A stretch of 64,000 nucleotides of DNA from Escherichia phage JM10. Made by a program: the position numbers and the translations under genes. The first letter of the stretch is position 1. Each line of letters opens with the position of its first letter. Shown piece after piece: positions 18,812-28,198 of the stretch. The stretch is taken from the sequence record PP400777, one strand, 5' to 3'. The notes beneath the pieces are model-generated. The model saw only the letters and a program-made list of their open reading frames with translations, searched no databases and had not been told where the DNA came from.

Positions 18812-19183
18812 TCAATTAGAAAATAAATTTATCCAAGTTTTTTCTTTAATCAAAAATGGGTCGGAATTAAACGCCATTAAACTTTGAGTGATTAATCCCT
18901 TAAATGGCCCATCAATAAATTCCATTTTGAAATGCGGAATACTAGTCATCAACCGTGCATTAGGAGCAGTACAAAGAACCTGCTGCCCTGCGAACGGACC
19001 TTTAGTCAAACGATATCGTTTAGGTTTAAAATGGTAAATCTCGTAATTTTCTACAAGAGCCCTTTTATTGCATACTGGGCTGTTATAACAATATTCAAAA
19101 ACTTCAATAGTGGTCATCATTGCATTCCAATCACAAAAAATTGAGGACGAGCAATACCGCCGATGCAATATTTGCTTTTGCAA
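18812..19183 (-). CDS. hypothetical protein
   Basis: 123-aa ORF. Confidence 0.4.
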   Translation of the reverse strand: MQKQILHRRYCSSSIFCDWNAMMTTIEVFEYCYNSPVCNKRALVENYEIYHFKPKRYRLTKGPFAGQQVLCTAPNARLMTSIPHFKMEFIDGPFKGLITQSLMAFNSDPFLIKEKTWINLFSN

Positions 19184-19656
19184 CAGTGTTGGACTGTTTT
19201 AATATGGACATTGTAAATCTTATCCATATCAGGAGCTTTAATAGGCTCGTCAATTATGTACAGAATACGAGAAAGCGTTAATCCACGGAATTTAGAACCT
19301 TCATTGCCAATAAAACTACGAACAGAATCAGTAAATAAACGGAATCGAATATCATCGCTAGAATAACGAGAAAATTCTTTTTTAATGTTGCCAGCAGAAA
19401 TTTTAGCATAAGCTGAAGTATTAGAAAGAACAATAACAGTTCCGCCATCATACAACCAATTAGCAGCGAAGTTAGTCACAGCAATTGATTTACCTGATTG
19501 TCTGCCGCCGTCTAAACGAAGTGTACAGTACTGCTTGAGTACATCTTCAAATGGTGGGACATAACCGTTCTTACAAATTTCTTCTACTCTAGCATCAGAA
19601 TGGTGTGTAAAAGCATTCATCAGGGATAGATAAGGTCCAGTTAAAAATGTTCTCAT
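19117..19656 (-). CDS. hypothetical protein
   Basis: 179-aa ORF; start uncertain because of overlap with 18812..19183. Confidence 0.4.
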   Translation of the reverse strand: MRTFLTGPYLSLMNAFTHHSDARVEEICKNGYVPPFEDVLKQYCTLRLDGGRQSGKSIAVTNFAANWLYDGGTVIVLSNTSAYAKISAGNIKKEFSRYSSDDIRFRLFTDSVRSFIGNEGSKFRGLTLSRILYIIDEPIKAPDMDKIYNVHIKTVQHCCKSKYCIGGIARPQFFVIGMQ

Positions 19657-19769
19657 TTAGTTTCTCTTTTAGGTTGGGCCATTCCGTGGCGCATGAATTG
19701 TCCATTTCTGTATTTACCCCTCCAAGTAATTATGAATATACTATCACAATTCTAGGAGAAAGTAAACTG

Positions 19770-20072
19770 TTATTTACCTTTAATTACTTTAGCTGCTTCG
19801 ATAGCCGCTTGCTGAAGGTCATCCATAGACATACCGAATTTAGAAGCAAAGTTATCAATTTTCTTTTCGACAGCATTCAAAGGCTTTGCCTGTTTACCTT
19901 CATTAGCGCCAGGAAGAGCGAGAATACGCTCTTTGTCAATATAAAGGCTTACAAGTTTCTTACGGTCTTTATCGGACAAATCATGAAATGAATGGGCCTT
20001 TTTATTTATAGCGGCTTCTAATTTACCTGCACTCACTCGCGCTTCAGTAATAAATTCTTGATAGGTTTTCAT
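19770..20072 (-). CDS. ipII: internal protein (IpII-like) with capsid-targeting sequence
   Basis: N-terminal MKTYQEFITEA is the T4 capsid-targeting sequence (CTS); 100 aa. Confidence 0.6.
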   Translation of the reverse strand: MKTYQEFITEARVSAGKLEAAINKKAHSFHDLSDKDRKKLVSLYIDKERILALPGANEGKQAKPLNAVEKKIDNFASKFGMSMDDLQQAAIEAAKVIKGK

Positions 20073-20100
20073 GTGTTTCCTTGTTTGTTTTGATAGAGTA

Positions 20101-20130
20101 ATTATACCATATTAATACTTAAGCGTAAAC
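20101..20130 (-). promoter_or_regulatory. T4-type early promoter
   Basis: GTTTAC + 18 nt + TGgTATAAT. Confidence 0.5.
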
Positions 20131-20210
20131 CGTTTAAGCTTTACCGCCAGAAATAATTCCGAAGTTGTTAAAATCATATCCAATATCGTCAACATCTACT
20201 TTAGGACTTG

Positions 20211-20396
20211 CTACAACATAAGCAATTTCACTACGTTTTGCATAGGTGTTTTGATTTCTTTACCATCGCCACCTAAGAAAGAATACCCATTACGTTTTAA
20301 TGAGCCAAAGTCTTCCGCATCACCAATGAAAGCTTTAACTTTAAATTTAGGACCTTTGGCATCTGCTTCAACGATAAATTCTTGATACATTTTCAT
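20211..20396 (-). pseudogene. CTS-containing small internal-protein gene, apparently frameshifted
   Basis: MKMYQEFIVEA start; frame ends after 61 aa and continues in the +1 frame for about 28 more codons. Confidence 0.35.
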
Positions 20397-20563
20397 TTTT
20401 CCTTAGTAAATTGATTTACCAAAGTATTTGTACCAAGTCGGGCGTTGAGCAATTTTTTATCTAAGCGTGCTTGACTTATCGCAATGGACGCTTCGGACGG
20501 GTCATAATTTCCTCCAAGTAGTTGATGAATGTATAGTATCAAAACCCTTGGAGGAAGTAAACA

Positions 20564-20845
20564 CTATTTTTCTGAAGCGCCTGAAATATATTTTTCAAGA
20601 CGTTGTTTCATCAGCGAGCCGTTCTTAGCAATTTCTTCCGGTTTATCGCACATACGCAACAAGGCTTCAAGCTTAACGATATCACTGGTGCGCTCAAATT
20701 TGCGAGTATCTATCTTACTAGCAAGTTCAGAAATACGTGCTAATAGACTTTCAGCTTCAACCAAAGCTGCACCTAGCTTAGTTGCAAATGTGTCAGTAGC
20801 TTCGTTAAGAATAGATTCTGATAAAAATTCACTATATGTTTTCAT
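20564..20845 (-). CDS. internal protein (IpIII-position) with capsid-targeting sequence
   Basis: [13 protein letters not shown]; directly upstream of e as ipIII is in T4. Confidence 0.55.
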   Translation of the reverse strand: MKTYSEFLSESILNEATDTFATKLGAALVEAESLLARISELASKIDTRKFERTSDIVKLEALLRMCDKPEEIAKNGSLMKQRLEKYISGASEK

Positions 20846-21330
20846 ATATACGCTTTCCAAGTTCCTGTTTTAAATGTTGAGATTACGCGTTTCGCGCGAT
20901 TAGGTGTCTGACGATACCATTTAGATTGGGCTAGATTTACTGCCGCCTCGTCCCAACGTTTCTGTTGAAGCATACGAAGAGAATTAGTAAAACCGGCGAC
21001 GCCTGCTACACCCATTTGGAAGACCATATTGACCAATGCACATCGACGAACCGCATCTAAAGAATCATATACCGGTTTAAGTTTAGCATTACCCAAGATT
21101 CCGCGAACGGCTTTATCAACGTCTTCATTAAATAGCTTTTCAGCCTCATCAAGGGTAATTGTACCGTTGCATTTACGACCGATAATTCTGTCAAGTTCAG
21201 CTTTAGCTACGGCTAAAGACGGGTTCTTTGTTACTAAATGGCCTATGCCAATCGTCCAAAAGCCTTCAGTGTCTTTATATAAAGTCAGTCTAAGACCTTC
21301 GTCATTACGAAGCATTTCAAATATATTCAT
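20842..21330 (-). CDS. e: lysozyme (endolysin)
   Basis: [17 protein letters not shown]; strong match to my recall of T4 lysozyme. Confidence 0.9.
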   Translation of the reverse strand: MNIFEMLRNDEGLRLTLYKDTEGFWTIGIGHLVTKNPSLAVAKAELDRIIGRKCNGTITLDEAEKLFNEDVDKAVRGILGNAKLKPVYDSLDAVRRCALVNMVFQMGVAGVAGFTNSLRMLQQKRWDEAAVNLAQSKWYRQTPNRAKRVISTFKTGTWKAYI

Positions 21331-21364
21331 AATACCTCCCACGTTTATAGGAGGTATTTATTAC

Positions 21365-21823
21365 TTATAGGAGGGTAGTGAGCACCTTATATAATGATTT
21401 GCCCATTACATATTCCCATTGAGAAGGTTTAATTAAAGCGAATGCATCAAATTCAGGAATCTGTCGTCCGTCTGGGAATGTATGATAGGAATTACAAACA
21501 CTGTTTCTGAATTGCTCGTGCTCTACAGGGATGGTATATTGGAACAGATGAATATTCTTATTGTCTGAGTAATGATGTTCACCTAGGTCTTTCAGGAAGG
21601 CAGGGTCATATTGTGTAAACCCAGTTTCTTCTTCGCATTCACGAATAGCGGCTTCAATAGGAGATTCGCCAGGTTCGACACGGCCTTTAGGAATATCCCA
21701 CCGATGGGCTAATGCACCTTTAGGACGAGAACCAGTTACACGCCCCATGAATAATTCTTTATCTTTGGTAAGGAAAATAATACCGGCTGATAGTTCTTTC
21801 ACTTTATTTTTCTTACTCATCAT
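21365..21823 (-). CDS. nudE: Nudix hydrolase
   Basis: Nudix box GRVEPGESPIEAAIRECEEETG. Confidence 0.8.
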   Translation of the reverse strand: MMSKKNKVKELSAGIIFLTKDKELFMGRVTGSRPKGALAHRWDIPKGRVEPGESPIEAAIRECEEETGFTQYDPAFLKDLGEHHYSDNKNIHLFQYTIPVEHEQFRNSVCNSYHTFPDGRQIPEFDAFALIKPSQWEYVMGKSLYKVLTTLL

Positions 21824-22064
21824 CTCGGTCCAATGATTTGGCCATTAATTCGGACATAAATTCTTCAAGGCGCGTTTCTTTAGATGGACTTTCACTATTA
21901 GAGATCGCAAGTTTGTAATCTGCAATAGGACAGAACATATCAAGGTCCATATTAAGGTCGTCTTTGATTTTTTCTTCTGACACATCTTTATCGTATGTGT
22001 ACAGATAACTATCACATGATTCTGATTTAATGTAAATTGCTATACTCATCTCAAATTCCTGCAT
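21813..22064 (-). CDS. hypothetical small protein
   Basis: 83-aa ORF. Confidence 0.35.
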   Translation of the reverse strand: MQEFEMSIAIYIKSESCDSYLYTYDKDVSEEKIKDDLNMDLDMFCPIADYKLAISNSESPSKETRLEEFMSELMAKSLDRDDE

Positions 22065-22537
22065 TCGGTAATAAAACGTTCAACTTCATTATTCTTGGCT
22101 TTTATCTTGTCTTTATGTTCTTGTAAACTACTTTTAATAAGATTAATAATGATGCCTACAGTACCTCCACCAATAATACCACCAATAATACTTACAATAG
22201 TAGATGATAATAAGATAGCGATAATATCTAGTACAGCAAAGGCACTTACTTTAGTACTAAAAAACCATACCGACGGTACAAATATAATCCATCCTGTTAT
22301 CCATTGGCACTTATTGAAAAACTTTTCAAGCTCAGCTTGGGTTGTTCGTATTACTTCATCGATAGGTTGATATCCATTAATGTATCTGTTCACGATAATA
22401 CCTGCTGGTTTGTCGATTTTAAATGCTTGACAATGGTGTTTCACTAAGTAGGATGGACATCCTGTCCAATCTACTGAATAGTATGAAATACCTTCGTCGC
22501 CATCGCCCATGTTTGACCAGTGAATTTTCTGTATCAT
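22046..22537 (-). CDS. membrane protein
   Basis: 163 aa; hydrophobic helices in the middle. Confidence 0.4.
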   Translation of the reverse strand: MIQKIHWSNMGDGDEGISYYSVDWTGCPSYLVKHHCQAFKIDKPAGIIVNRYINGYQPIDEVIRTTQAELEKFFNKCQWITGWIIFVPSVWFFSTKVSAFAVLDIIAILLSSTIVSIIGGIIGGGTVGIIINLIKSSLQEHKDKIKAKNNEVERFITECRNLR

Positions 22538-23223
22538 TACCAGCCTTCCATAGGGAATTCCAGATAAACTTGGGCATTGACACGAATTTCATTGGTAATC
22601 TTTTTAACTCGGTCTGTACTACGAGATACACGTCCGAACCAACGCCATCCGTTACTAATTGCACGAGAACCAGTGTGCCATGTTTGCCAATCAAACTGAA
22701 GAAGAGTACGATCTGGAGCTTCCCATTTCTCTAGTTCACCTTTTTCAATTTTTTCGAGGACTTCTTTGTGCCACTGACGATAGATAAGTTCGCCATCAGG
22801 AATCTGACTGAACTCTGCAGTTCCTGTTGCAAAATGAGTAGGACACACATCAGCGTTAACAAGACCAAGAATATGTTCAGACAAATAGCGAGGATTGTCA
22901 TAGTCAGGTTGTCCTGCAGTAATAAAGTGTTGACCAACTGGAATATCAGGGCGAGGAACATCATCATGGTGATATCCAGGAATAGCAGGGTACCAGCCAG
23001 GCATCAGCATGTGGACTCGTGAATCAAATACTACATCCGAGTCTTTCCAATCGTCAGGAAGATTTTGGATAAAGCTACGAGTAATTGGGCCGCCATTATC
23101 AAAAGCAAAATTTAAATCGCAGTTAAAGAACATAGGCTCGTTTTTAATCTGGTCGTTTTTAATCGCATGAGCAAAACCACCTACTGCACGAGCTTGACTA
23201 TTAAACACTTTAGAACTATTCAT
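22537..23223 (-). CDS. hypothetical protein
   Basis: 228-aa ORF. Confidence 0.45.
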   Translation of the reverse strand: MNSSKVFNSQARAVGGFAHAIKNDQIKNEPMFFNCDLNFAFDNGGPITRSFIQNLPDDWKDSDVVFDSRVHMLMPGWYPAIPGYHHDDVPRPDIPVGQHFITAGQPDYDNPRYLSEHILGLVNADVCPTHFATGTAEFSQIPDGELIYRQWHKEVLEKIEKGELEKWEAPDRTLLQFDWQTWHTGSRAISNGWRWFGRVSRSTDRVKKITNEIRVNAQVYLEFPMEGW

Positions 23224-23224
23224 A

Positions 23225-23530
23225 TTATTTTCCTCGGCATTCTTTAATGAAATTTTCTAGATTGGTAGATTCAATAGCTTTTTTACGAGCTTCTGCGTGT
23301 TCTTCTTCGGACAATTTACATTTATAATTGACCCAGACATTATGGTCAAAACTAGTCGTGGCATATAATAACAAAGCTCCGACGAATAATAAAAACGGTG
23401 ATAAGAATACAAAACCAGGAACACCATCCATACTGTAAGCCTTTTGTAATACTGCAACAGAAAGAGCTACGTAAAAAGGTGTTGCAAATATTGTAAAAAG
23501 ACCGATTCGATTGGTTTCGCCTAATTTCAT
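23225..23530 (-). CDS. membrane protein
   Basis: 101 aa; two hydrophobic helices. Confidence 0.4.
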   Translation of the reverse strand: MKLGETNRIGLFTIFATPFYVALSVAVLQKAYSMDGVPGFVFLSPFLLFVGALLLYATTSFDHNVWVNYKCKLSEEEHAEARKKAIESTNLENFIKECRGK

Positions 23531-23558
23531 AATATTCTCCTCATGTTTTAATAGGACT

Positions 23559-23588
23559 ACTATAACATAGTCCTATAATTGTGTAAAC
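23559..23588 (-). promoter_or_regulatory. T4-type early promoter in a PeSL-like cassette
   Basis: GTTTAC + 18 nt + TGtTATAGT with palindromic TAGGACTA core. Confidence 0.5.
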
Positions 23589-23600
23589 AGTTTTGCGAAA

Positions 23601-24557
23601 TTATTTGAAAGGTTTTACAATATTGAAATTTTGTTTGAAACGTTTGACGTAATCATCATGTCCTAAGCTTTGGTACATACTTACTACTTTGCTGTAGTTT
23701 TCCCAGGCATACTCACGGAACCAACCGGAGGTTATGCTTGTACAGACTTTTTCCAATGCCATCATGAAACTGGCTTCAGGGTTAATTTTAAAGTCATTAG
23801 GAATCTGAGAACGTTCTAATGCTAGTACACATGATTCTTCATATACACCGGCCAATTTGACCATTTCTGGTAACGATTCGAACTTCTCGCGTGAGGTCAT
23901 TACTTCAGAACCATCTTTCATGTAAAATGTATAAGCCGGACGGTCTGTTAGTGCAATGGCTTCGTGAATAGTATCGTGGTCATATGTATAGATGTCATCT
24001 TTAAAGAACGCACTTTTAGAAGTGTCAAGAACCGGGTGAGCATAGTTCAAGGTTTCTTTCTGGCGTTTCAGCATAATTTCGGTAAGTTCATCGTTCAGTG
24101 TAACACCTTTACCACGAAGATACTGAATATGGTTCATAGTCTTTAAAAAGAATGGATTATTTTTCTTGAAACGATGAGACATCTTAATTGCAAGACATAT
24201 CTCAGGAGTTGCCCAGTAAAACCCGTTCAAACGGTCTTTAGTCAAATTTTTCTTGGCGTATTTTAAAAGGTCATAAGAAGACGTGAAATCTTCAGGAGTG
24301 AGTTCACCGACTAATTCACGGACATTAGTGATTGCCGGAACAATATATGCTTCAAAATGAGTTTCGCGTCCATTATGGAAGCATTTGAAAACTTGGACAT
24401 CAGGGTTATCTTGGTGAACATATACACCCATCATTTGATTTTTGAATGCATTCCAAGAACATTGGTCCGCAATAAAGTCCCAATCACTATTTTTAATAGC
24501 GCTAGAATCAATAAGACCGTGATAGTGAAGTGCACGAGAACCAATAACCAACATCAT
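23601..24557 (-). CDS. hypothetical protein
   Basis: 318-aa ORF. Confidence 0.45.
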   Translation of the reverse strand: MMLVIGSRALHYHGLIDSSAIKNSDWDFIADQCSWNAFKNQMMGVYVHQDNPDVQVFKCFHNGRETHFEAYIVPAITNVRELVGELTPEDFTSSYDLLKYAKKNLTKDRLNGFYWATPEICLAIKMSHRFKKNNPFFLKTMNHIQYLRGKGVTLNDELTEIMLKRQKETLNYAHPVLDTSKSAFFKDDIYTYDHDTIHEAIALTDRPAYTFYMKDGSEVMTSREKFESLPEMVKLAGVYEESCVLALERSQIPNDFKINPEASFMMALEKVCTSITSGWFREYAWENYSKVVSMYQSLGHDDYVKRFKQNFNIVKPFK

Positions 24558-24625
24558 AATATTTTCCTCGGATTAATTCATTAACTTAAATTTCACGACA
24601 TGCGATATCATATTCATCCCAGAGG

Positions 24626-24838
24626 TCATCGTGTGAAGCCTCTACCAATGGAACGATTGTACCCGTTTATGTCTTCATTATAAGGGCAAATTGTACAGTG
24701 CGCATCTTCGAATCGGATGCCTTTATGTTCAGATTTTTTATAACGCATATCGAATATCTTTGCAAACTTTTCACGAGTAATGGTTTTAGCAACCACTTTG
24801 GTTCCGATACTTTCGTAATAAATCATTGTGGACTCCAT
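24626..24838 (-). CDS. hypothetical small protein
   Basis: 70-aa ORF. Confidence 0.35.
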   Translation of the reverse strand: MESTMIYYESIGTKVVAKTITREKFAKIFDMRYKKSEHKGIRFEDAHCTICPYNEDINGYNRSIGRGFTR

Positions 24839-24854
24839 TTAATTTGATAGAACT

Positions 24855-24884
24855 ACTATAACATAGCCCTATCTTGTTGTAAAC
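24855..24884 (-). promoter_or_regulatory. T4-type early promoter in a PeSL-like cassette
   Basis: GTTTAC + 18 nt + TATAGT-type -10. Confidence 0.45.
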
Positions 24885-24888
24885 TGTT

Positions 24889-25086
24889 TTAGCAAGAATA
24901 ACTAGATGATACCCAGCCTTGAACAGTAATACTATTATTTGATAACGAGATTGCGTCCTGGAGATTCAGACCTGCGTTATCTTCAATCCATAATATAACT
25001 TCTTCGCGTTCTTCTGTTGCAATTTGGAACAGGTTTTCCAGAGCAGCTACTGCCGTACGTACAGCGCAATCTAATTCACGAGACAT
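24889..25086 (-). CDS. small protein, paralog 1 of the C-terminal GWVxSSxxC family
   Basis: ends ..QGWVSSSYSC. Confidence 0.45.
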   Translation of the reverse strand: MSRELDCAVRTAVAALENLFQIATEEREEVILWIEDNAGLNLQDAISLSNNSITVQGWVSSSYSC

Positions 25087-25095
25087 ATGATTTCC

Positions 25096-25368
25096 TTAAC
25101 AAGTGTGAGAAGACGCGACCCAACCACCAGTTTCGAGGCTAAGGTTGTAGTCGTATTGGTAAACGTCAGCCCATTCAGCATAGCCGTTTTTTGTACAACG
25201 TTCAAGATCGGCTTTAAGATGTCCGGGTGAATGATAGGTTCCACCCATACCATAAGCTGGGTACAAGTCGAATGTTGTGTTTTGTTTATCAGCAATTTCT
25301 TTGGCAGCCTCAATAGCTGCATAGATTTTTGCTACAGCTTCAGCCAGTTCGGTTTGTTCTTTAGACAT
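25096..25368 (-). CDS. small protein, paralog 2 of the C-terminal GWVxSSxxC family
   Basis: ends ..GGWVASSHTC. Confidence 0.5.
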   Translation of the reverse strand: MSKEQTELAEAVAKIYAAIEAAKEIADKQNTTFDLYPAYGMGGTYHSPGHLKADLERCTKNGYAEWADVYQYDYNLSLETGGWVASSHTC

Positions 25369-25377
25369 AATGATTCC

Positions 25378-25683
25378 TTAGCACAACGCAGAAGACGAAA
25401 CCCAAGCACCTTCAGTAATAACGTAACCATTACCTTCACGCTTAACATCGCCACCATTATTTTCAATTTCATTTTTCATCCACTGGGATACGATTTCACC
25501 CTTAGGATAATAAGTACGACCGCTACCATAATCACCTACAGAAAATGATACGGCATATTGGTCTGCGATCTTTGTTGCTTCTTCTTCGATACGTTCAGCT
25601 TGATTCAGAAGTTTATAAATTGCATCTGAAGCGGATTTGGCATCATTAAACTCTGGTACTTTAATTTCAATAATCTTACTCAT
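25378..25683 (-). CDS. small protein, paralog 3 of the C-terminal GWVxSSxxC family
   Basis: ends ..GAWVSSSALC; shares MSK start and internal motifs with paralog 2. Confidence 0.5.
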   Translation of the reverse strand: MSKIIEIKVPEFNDAKSASDAIYKLLNQAERIEEEATKIADQYAVSFSVGDYGSGRTYYPKGEIVSQWMKNEIENNGGDVKREGNGYVITEGAWVSSSALC

Positions 25684-26039
25684 TTTCTACATTCCTTAAT
25701 AAAGTTTTCGATTGTTTCATTTTCACGTCTAGCTAGGAGTTCATTATAACTAATCATTTGAGAAGCGTAAACCTTTTTATTTTTCTTGTTATGGTTTATA
25801 AAATCGTAGTAAAAATAGACTACAGTACAAAATGATGCGATGGATGCAAAGGCTTGGGTATACCGTAAGTCCTGCCATTGGTCTGTGAATCCACCAGTGT
25901 TCCCTATAAATCCTAACACAACGCCGTCAATAAGAAATCCAACTAATCCAAAGGCAAATCCCATGCCAATACTCATAATAAAAATTAGAATGTTCTCACC
26001 AAGAGAAGGCCATACGGTTAAGAGTTGAGGCTTTTGCAT
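25680..26039 (-). CDS. membrane protein
   Basis: 119 aa; hydrophobic helices. Confidence 0.4.
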   Translation of the reverse strand: MQKPQLLTVWPSLGENILIFIMSIGMGFAFGLVGFLIDGVVLGFIGNTGGFTDQWQDLRYTQAFASIASFCTVVYFYYDFINHNKKNKKVYASQMISYNELLARRENETIENFIKECRK

Positions 26040-26443
26040 CTTATTTCCTTAACGAATTCCATAGCTTCTTCATATTCATACTTTTTAACAGCTTCATCAT
26101 ACTGAGCTTGGGCTTTTGCGCACTGAACTTTCCATTCTCTTAATCGGGCTCTGTGATGACGACCTTGGTGCCAATATCCTACCCAATTAATAGGCATTAA
26201 TAAAAATGGTACAATAAACGACCCGGCTATAATAAGTAAAAACACTGCATCAGACGATATAACTTCACTAGAATCTAAAACAGCTCCTATAATCATAAAG
26301 ATTAAAAATGCTAAAGCTAAAATAGGGCCAAATAGTACTTCATTTGGAATTAATTTACGCTTGTATTCATACGCCAAGGGTTTAATTGGCATGTACAGGG
26401 TTGGCTTTGACATATTCTCTACATTCCATAATAAATTGCTCAA
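26018..26443 (-). CDS. membrane protein
   Basis: 141 aa; hydrophobic helices. Confidence 0.4.
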   Translation of the reverse strand: MSNLLWNVENMSKPTLYMPIKPLAYEYKRKLIPNEVLFGPILALAFLIFMIIGAVLDSSEVISSDAVFLLIIAGSFIVPFLLMPINWVGYWHQGRHHRARLREWKVQCAKAQAQYDEAVKKYEYEEAMEFVKEIRCKSLNS

Positions 26444-26999
26444 GGATTAAATTGTTAGTGAAATTAGGACTAACAACCATGGTTTCATAAAGCGCATCAA
26501 TAGCACTTAAAGCATCAACTCTTTTAAGCAAAGGCTTGCCTTCATACATAGTTTCAGAATCGATGATTAACGTAAAGTAATATTTTTTATTATCGACTAG
26601 AACTTCTGTATCGATATAAAACATATTAGACCTCAGAAGCTTATCTCTAAAACCATAATAATCTTCAGAGCGTTCGCTGATATATTCCAATTCAGTGTTT
26701 AAACAACAAACAGACCATGTAGGAGCAACGAAATCAGTGAATCTAATATCATGGTCTGCAACTAGTTTAGCAATAGCTCCGATATCATGAATCATAATAC
26801 CTGGGGCTAATAAAGATTTTCGGTGATTTGCATATTCAGTTGTCTCATAAGAAGACGACCAGTACCATTTACGTCCAGTTGCAACATATCGTAATGAATC
26901 AACTAAAGACGTAGGTGGATTTACCTTATCTCGGAACTCTTCGAACATTGAGTCAATATCATTATTTTGGTTTCGCATGTTAACTCCTTTATTATCCAA
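26382..26999 (-). CDS. hypothetical protein
   Basis: 205-aa ORF. Confidence 0.45.
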   Translation of the reverse strand: MDNKGVNMRNQNNDIDSMFEEFRDKVNPPTSLVDSLRYVATGRKWYWSSSYETTEYANHRKSLLAPGIMIHDIGAIAKLVADHDIRFTDFVAPTWSVCCLNTELEYISERSEDYYGFRDKLLRSNMFYIDTEVLVDNKKYYFTLIIDSETMYEGKPLLKRVDALSAIDALYETMVVSPNFTNNLILEQFIMECREYVKANPVHAN

Positions 27000-27027
27000 A
27001 AGGAGGACCGGAGTCCTCCGTATTATT

Positions 27028-27621
27028 TTATTTCAAAGAGTTAATATATTCTTGTACATCAGCAGAAGTGGTTTCTACACCAGCTGGAGTGCCATTGAAC
27101 GTTTCAACACGAGTCAGAGTGTCTTCGATATCAACCTTAGTCAGTGCAGCGATTTCAATTACATCATCAGCCGTAGAGATACCAAGGGCATTGGCTGCTC
27201 GAGTTTCACGAATGTATTCGAGTTTGATTGCCAGGTTCTGACGAGCATCGTCAAGTTCAACCACCTTACGAGCAATTTCAATTCGCATAGCGGCATACCC
27301 ATCAGCTTTTGTATTAAGTTGTTCGGCAGTTCTACGATACAGAAGACCAAGCTTAGCATGCATGGTAACATCTTGTCCTTCAGCCAGGAGCTTACGAATT
27401 TCACGTTCCTTAGAAGCGGCTTGCTTGTTCTTTTCATTAACAAGTTCGCGAATACGTTTTTCTTCATTAATAGATTTAACAGAAGCCGTTTTTAGTTCTT
27501 TGATTTGGGTAATCAACTTATCTGCAGCTGCGTTATACTGTTCTTCGACAGTCAGATTTTTAGCCATAGCAGTACCAAGTTTAGTGCGGATGAATTCGAC
27601 AAGTTTCTTCAGTGTGTTCAT
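27028..27621 (-). CDS. coiled-coil protein
   Basis: about 197 aa from MNTLKK; long helical K/E/R-rich region. Confidence 0.4.
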   Translation of the reverse strand: MNTLKKLVEFIRTKLGTAMAKNLTVEEQYNAAADKLITQIKELKTASVKSINEEKRIRELVNEKNKQAASKEREIRKLLAEGQDVTMHAKLGLLYRRTAEQLNTKADGYAAMRIEIARKVVELDDARQNLAIKLEYIRETRAANALGISTADDVIEIAALTKVDIEDTLTRVETFNGTPAGVETTSADVQEYINSLK

Positions 27622-27691
27622 ATTATTACCTTTCAATTGGTGGTTTATTATCCAACGAGAGCATTATACTCTGCTCTCAAGAGTTTGTAAA

Positions 27692-27919
27692 TTATTTTTT
27701 AATCAAATTGACATAAAACTTGGCGTCTTCGGGGTGCATGCCTTCGCAGTATTCTTCAACCATGAACTTCTTAACAGCTTCATAAGGACCACTCAGATTA
27801 AGCTCAGTTGTCCAGAACTTGGAATCTTGGACTGAATCGATACGAACTTCAGGGTGTCGGTTGCGAATAACTTCTTCGGTGTATTCATAATCAACGACAT
27901 CAATACTAACTTTAGCCAT
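27692..27919 (-). CDS. hypothetical small protein
   Basis: 75-aa ORF. Confidence 0.4.
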   Translation of the reverse strand: MAKVSIDVVDYEYTEEVIRNRHPEVRIDSVQDSKFWTTELNLSGPYEAVKKFMVEEYCEGMHPEDAKFYVNLIKK

Positions 27920-27947
27920 TTTGTGTTCCTCGTATTTTGATAGGACT

Positions 27948-27977
27948 ACTATAACATAAACTTACTTAGATGTAAAT
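27948..27977 (-). promoter_or_regulatory. early promoter variant in a PeSL-like cassette (ATTTAC -35)
   Basis: ATTTAC + 18 nt + TATAGT. Confidence 0.4.
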
Positions 27978-28130
27978 TATTTCAACGTCACCTTTAGCTG
28001 CTTTATAACCTTCGGCCCAAGATACAACAGAGTTTTTATCTGAGGATTCAAATTCAGGCATTGGACTTTCACCAATATTCACACAGTATGTTTCTTCATT
28101 TTCATCGAACCAAATAATTAAAGTAGTCAT
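27966..28130 (-). CDS. possible small protein (54 aa)
   Basis: ATG with AGGAG RBS; below the ORF-track cutoff. Confidence 0.25.
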   Translation of the reverse strand: MTTLIIWFDENEETYCVNIGESPMPEFESSDKNSVVSWAEGYKAAKGDVEIIYI

Positions 28131-28198
28131 TTTGTTTACTCCTCTGTAGTTGATAAGTCTATAGTATCACCGTCCTTGGTGCTTGTACATCATTATTT

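Noticed and set aside
22537-23223. Possible 2OG-Fe(II) oxygenase (HHDD...H residues) in the 228-aa protein
   Set aside because: Resemblance rests on a few residues only, with no convincing motif spacing; left as hypothetical.
27028-27621. PspA/IM30-like identity for the coiled-coil protein
   Set aside because: Similarity is only compositional (long K/E/R-rich helix); no specific conserved motif recognised.
26977-27835. Plus-strand ORFs inside the early minus-strand block (for example 1242-1481, 10666-11022, 26977-27495, 27362-27835)
   Set aside because: Antisense to better-supported minus-strand genes, no RBS, S/L/F-rich translations typical of out-of-frame AT-rich sequence.
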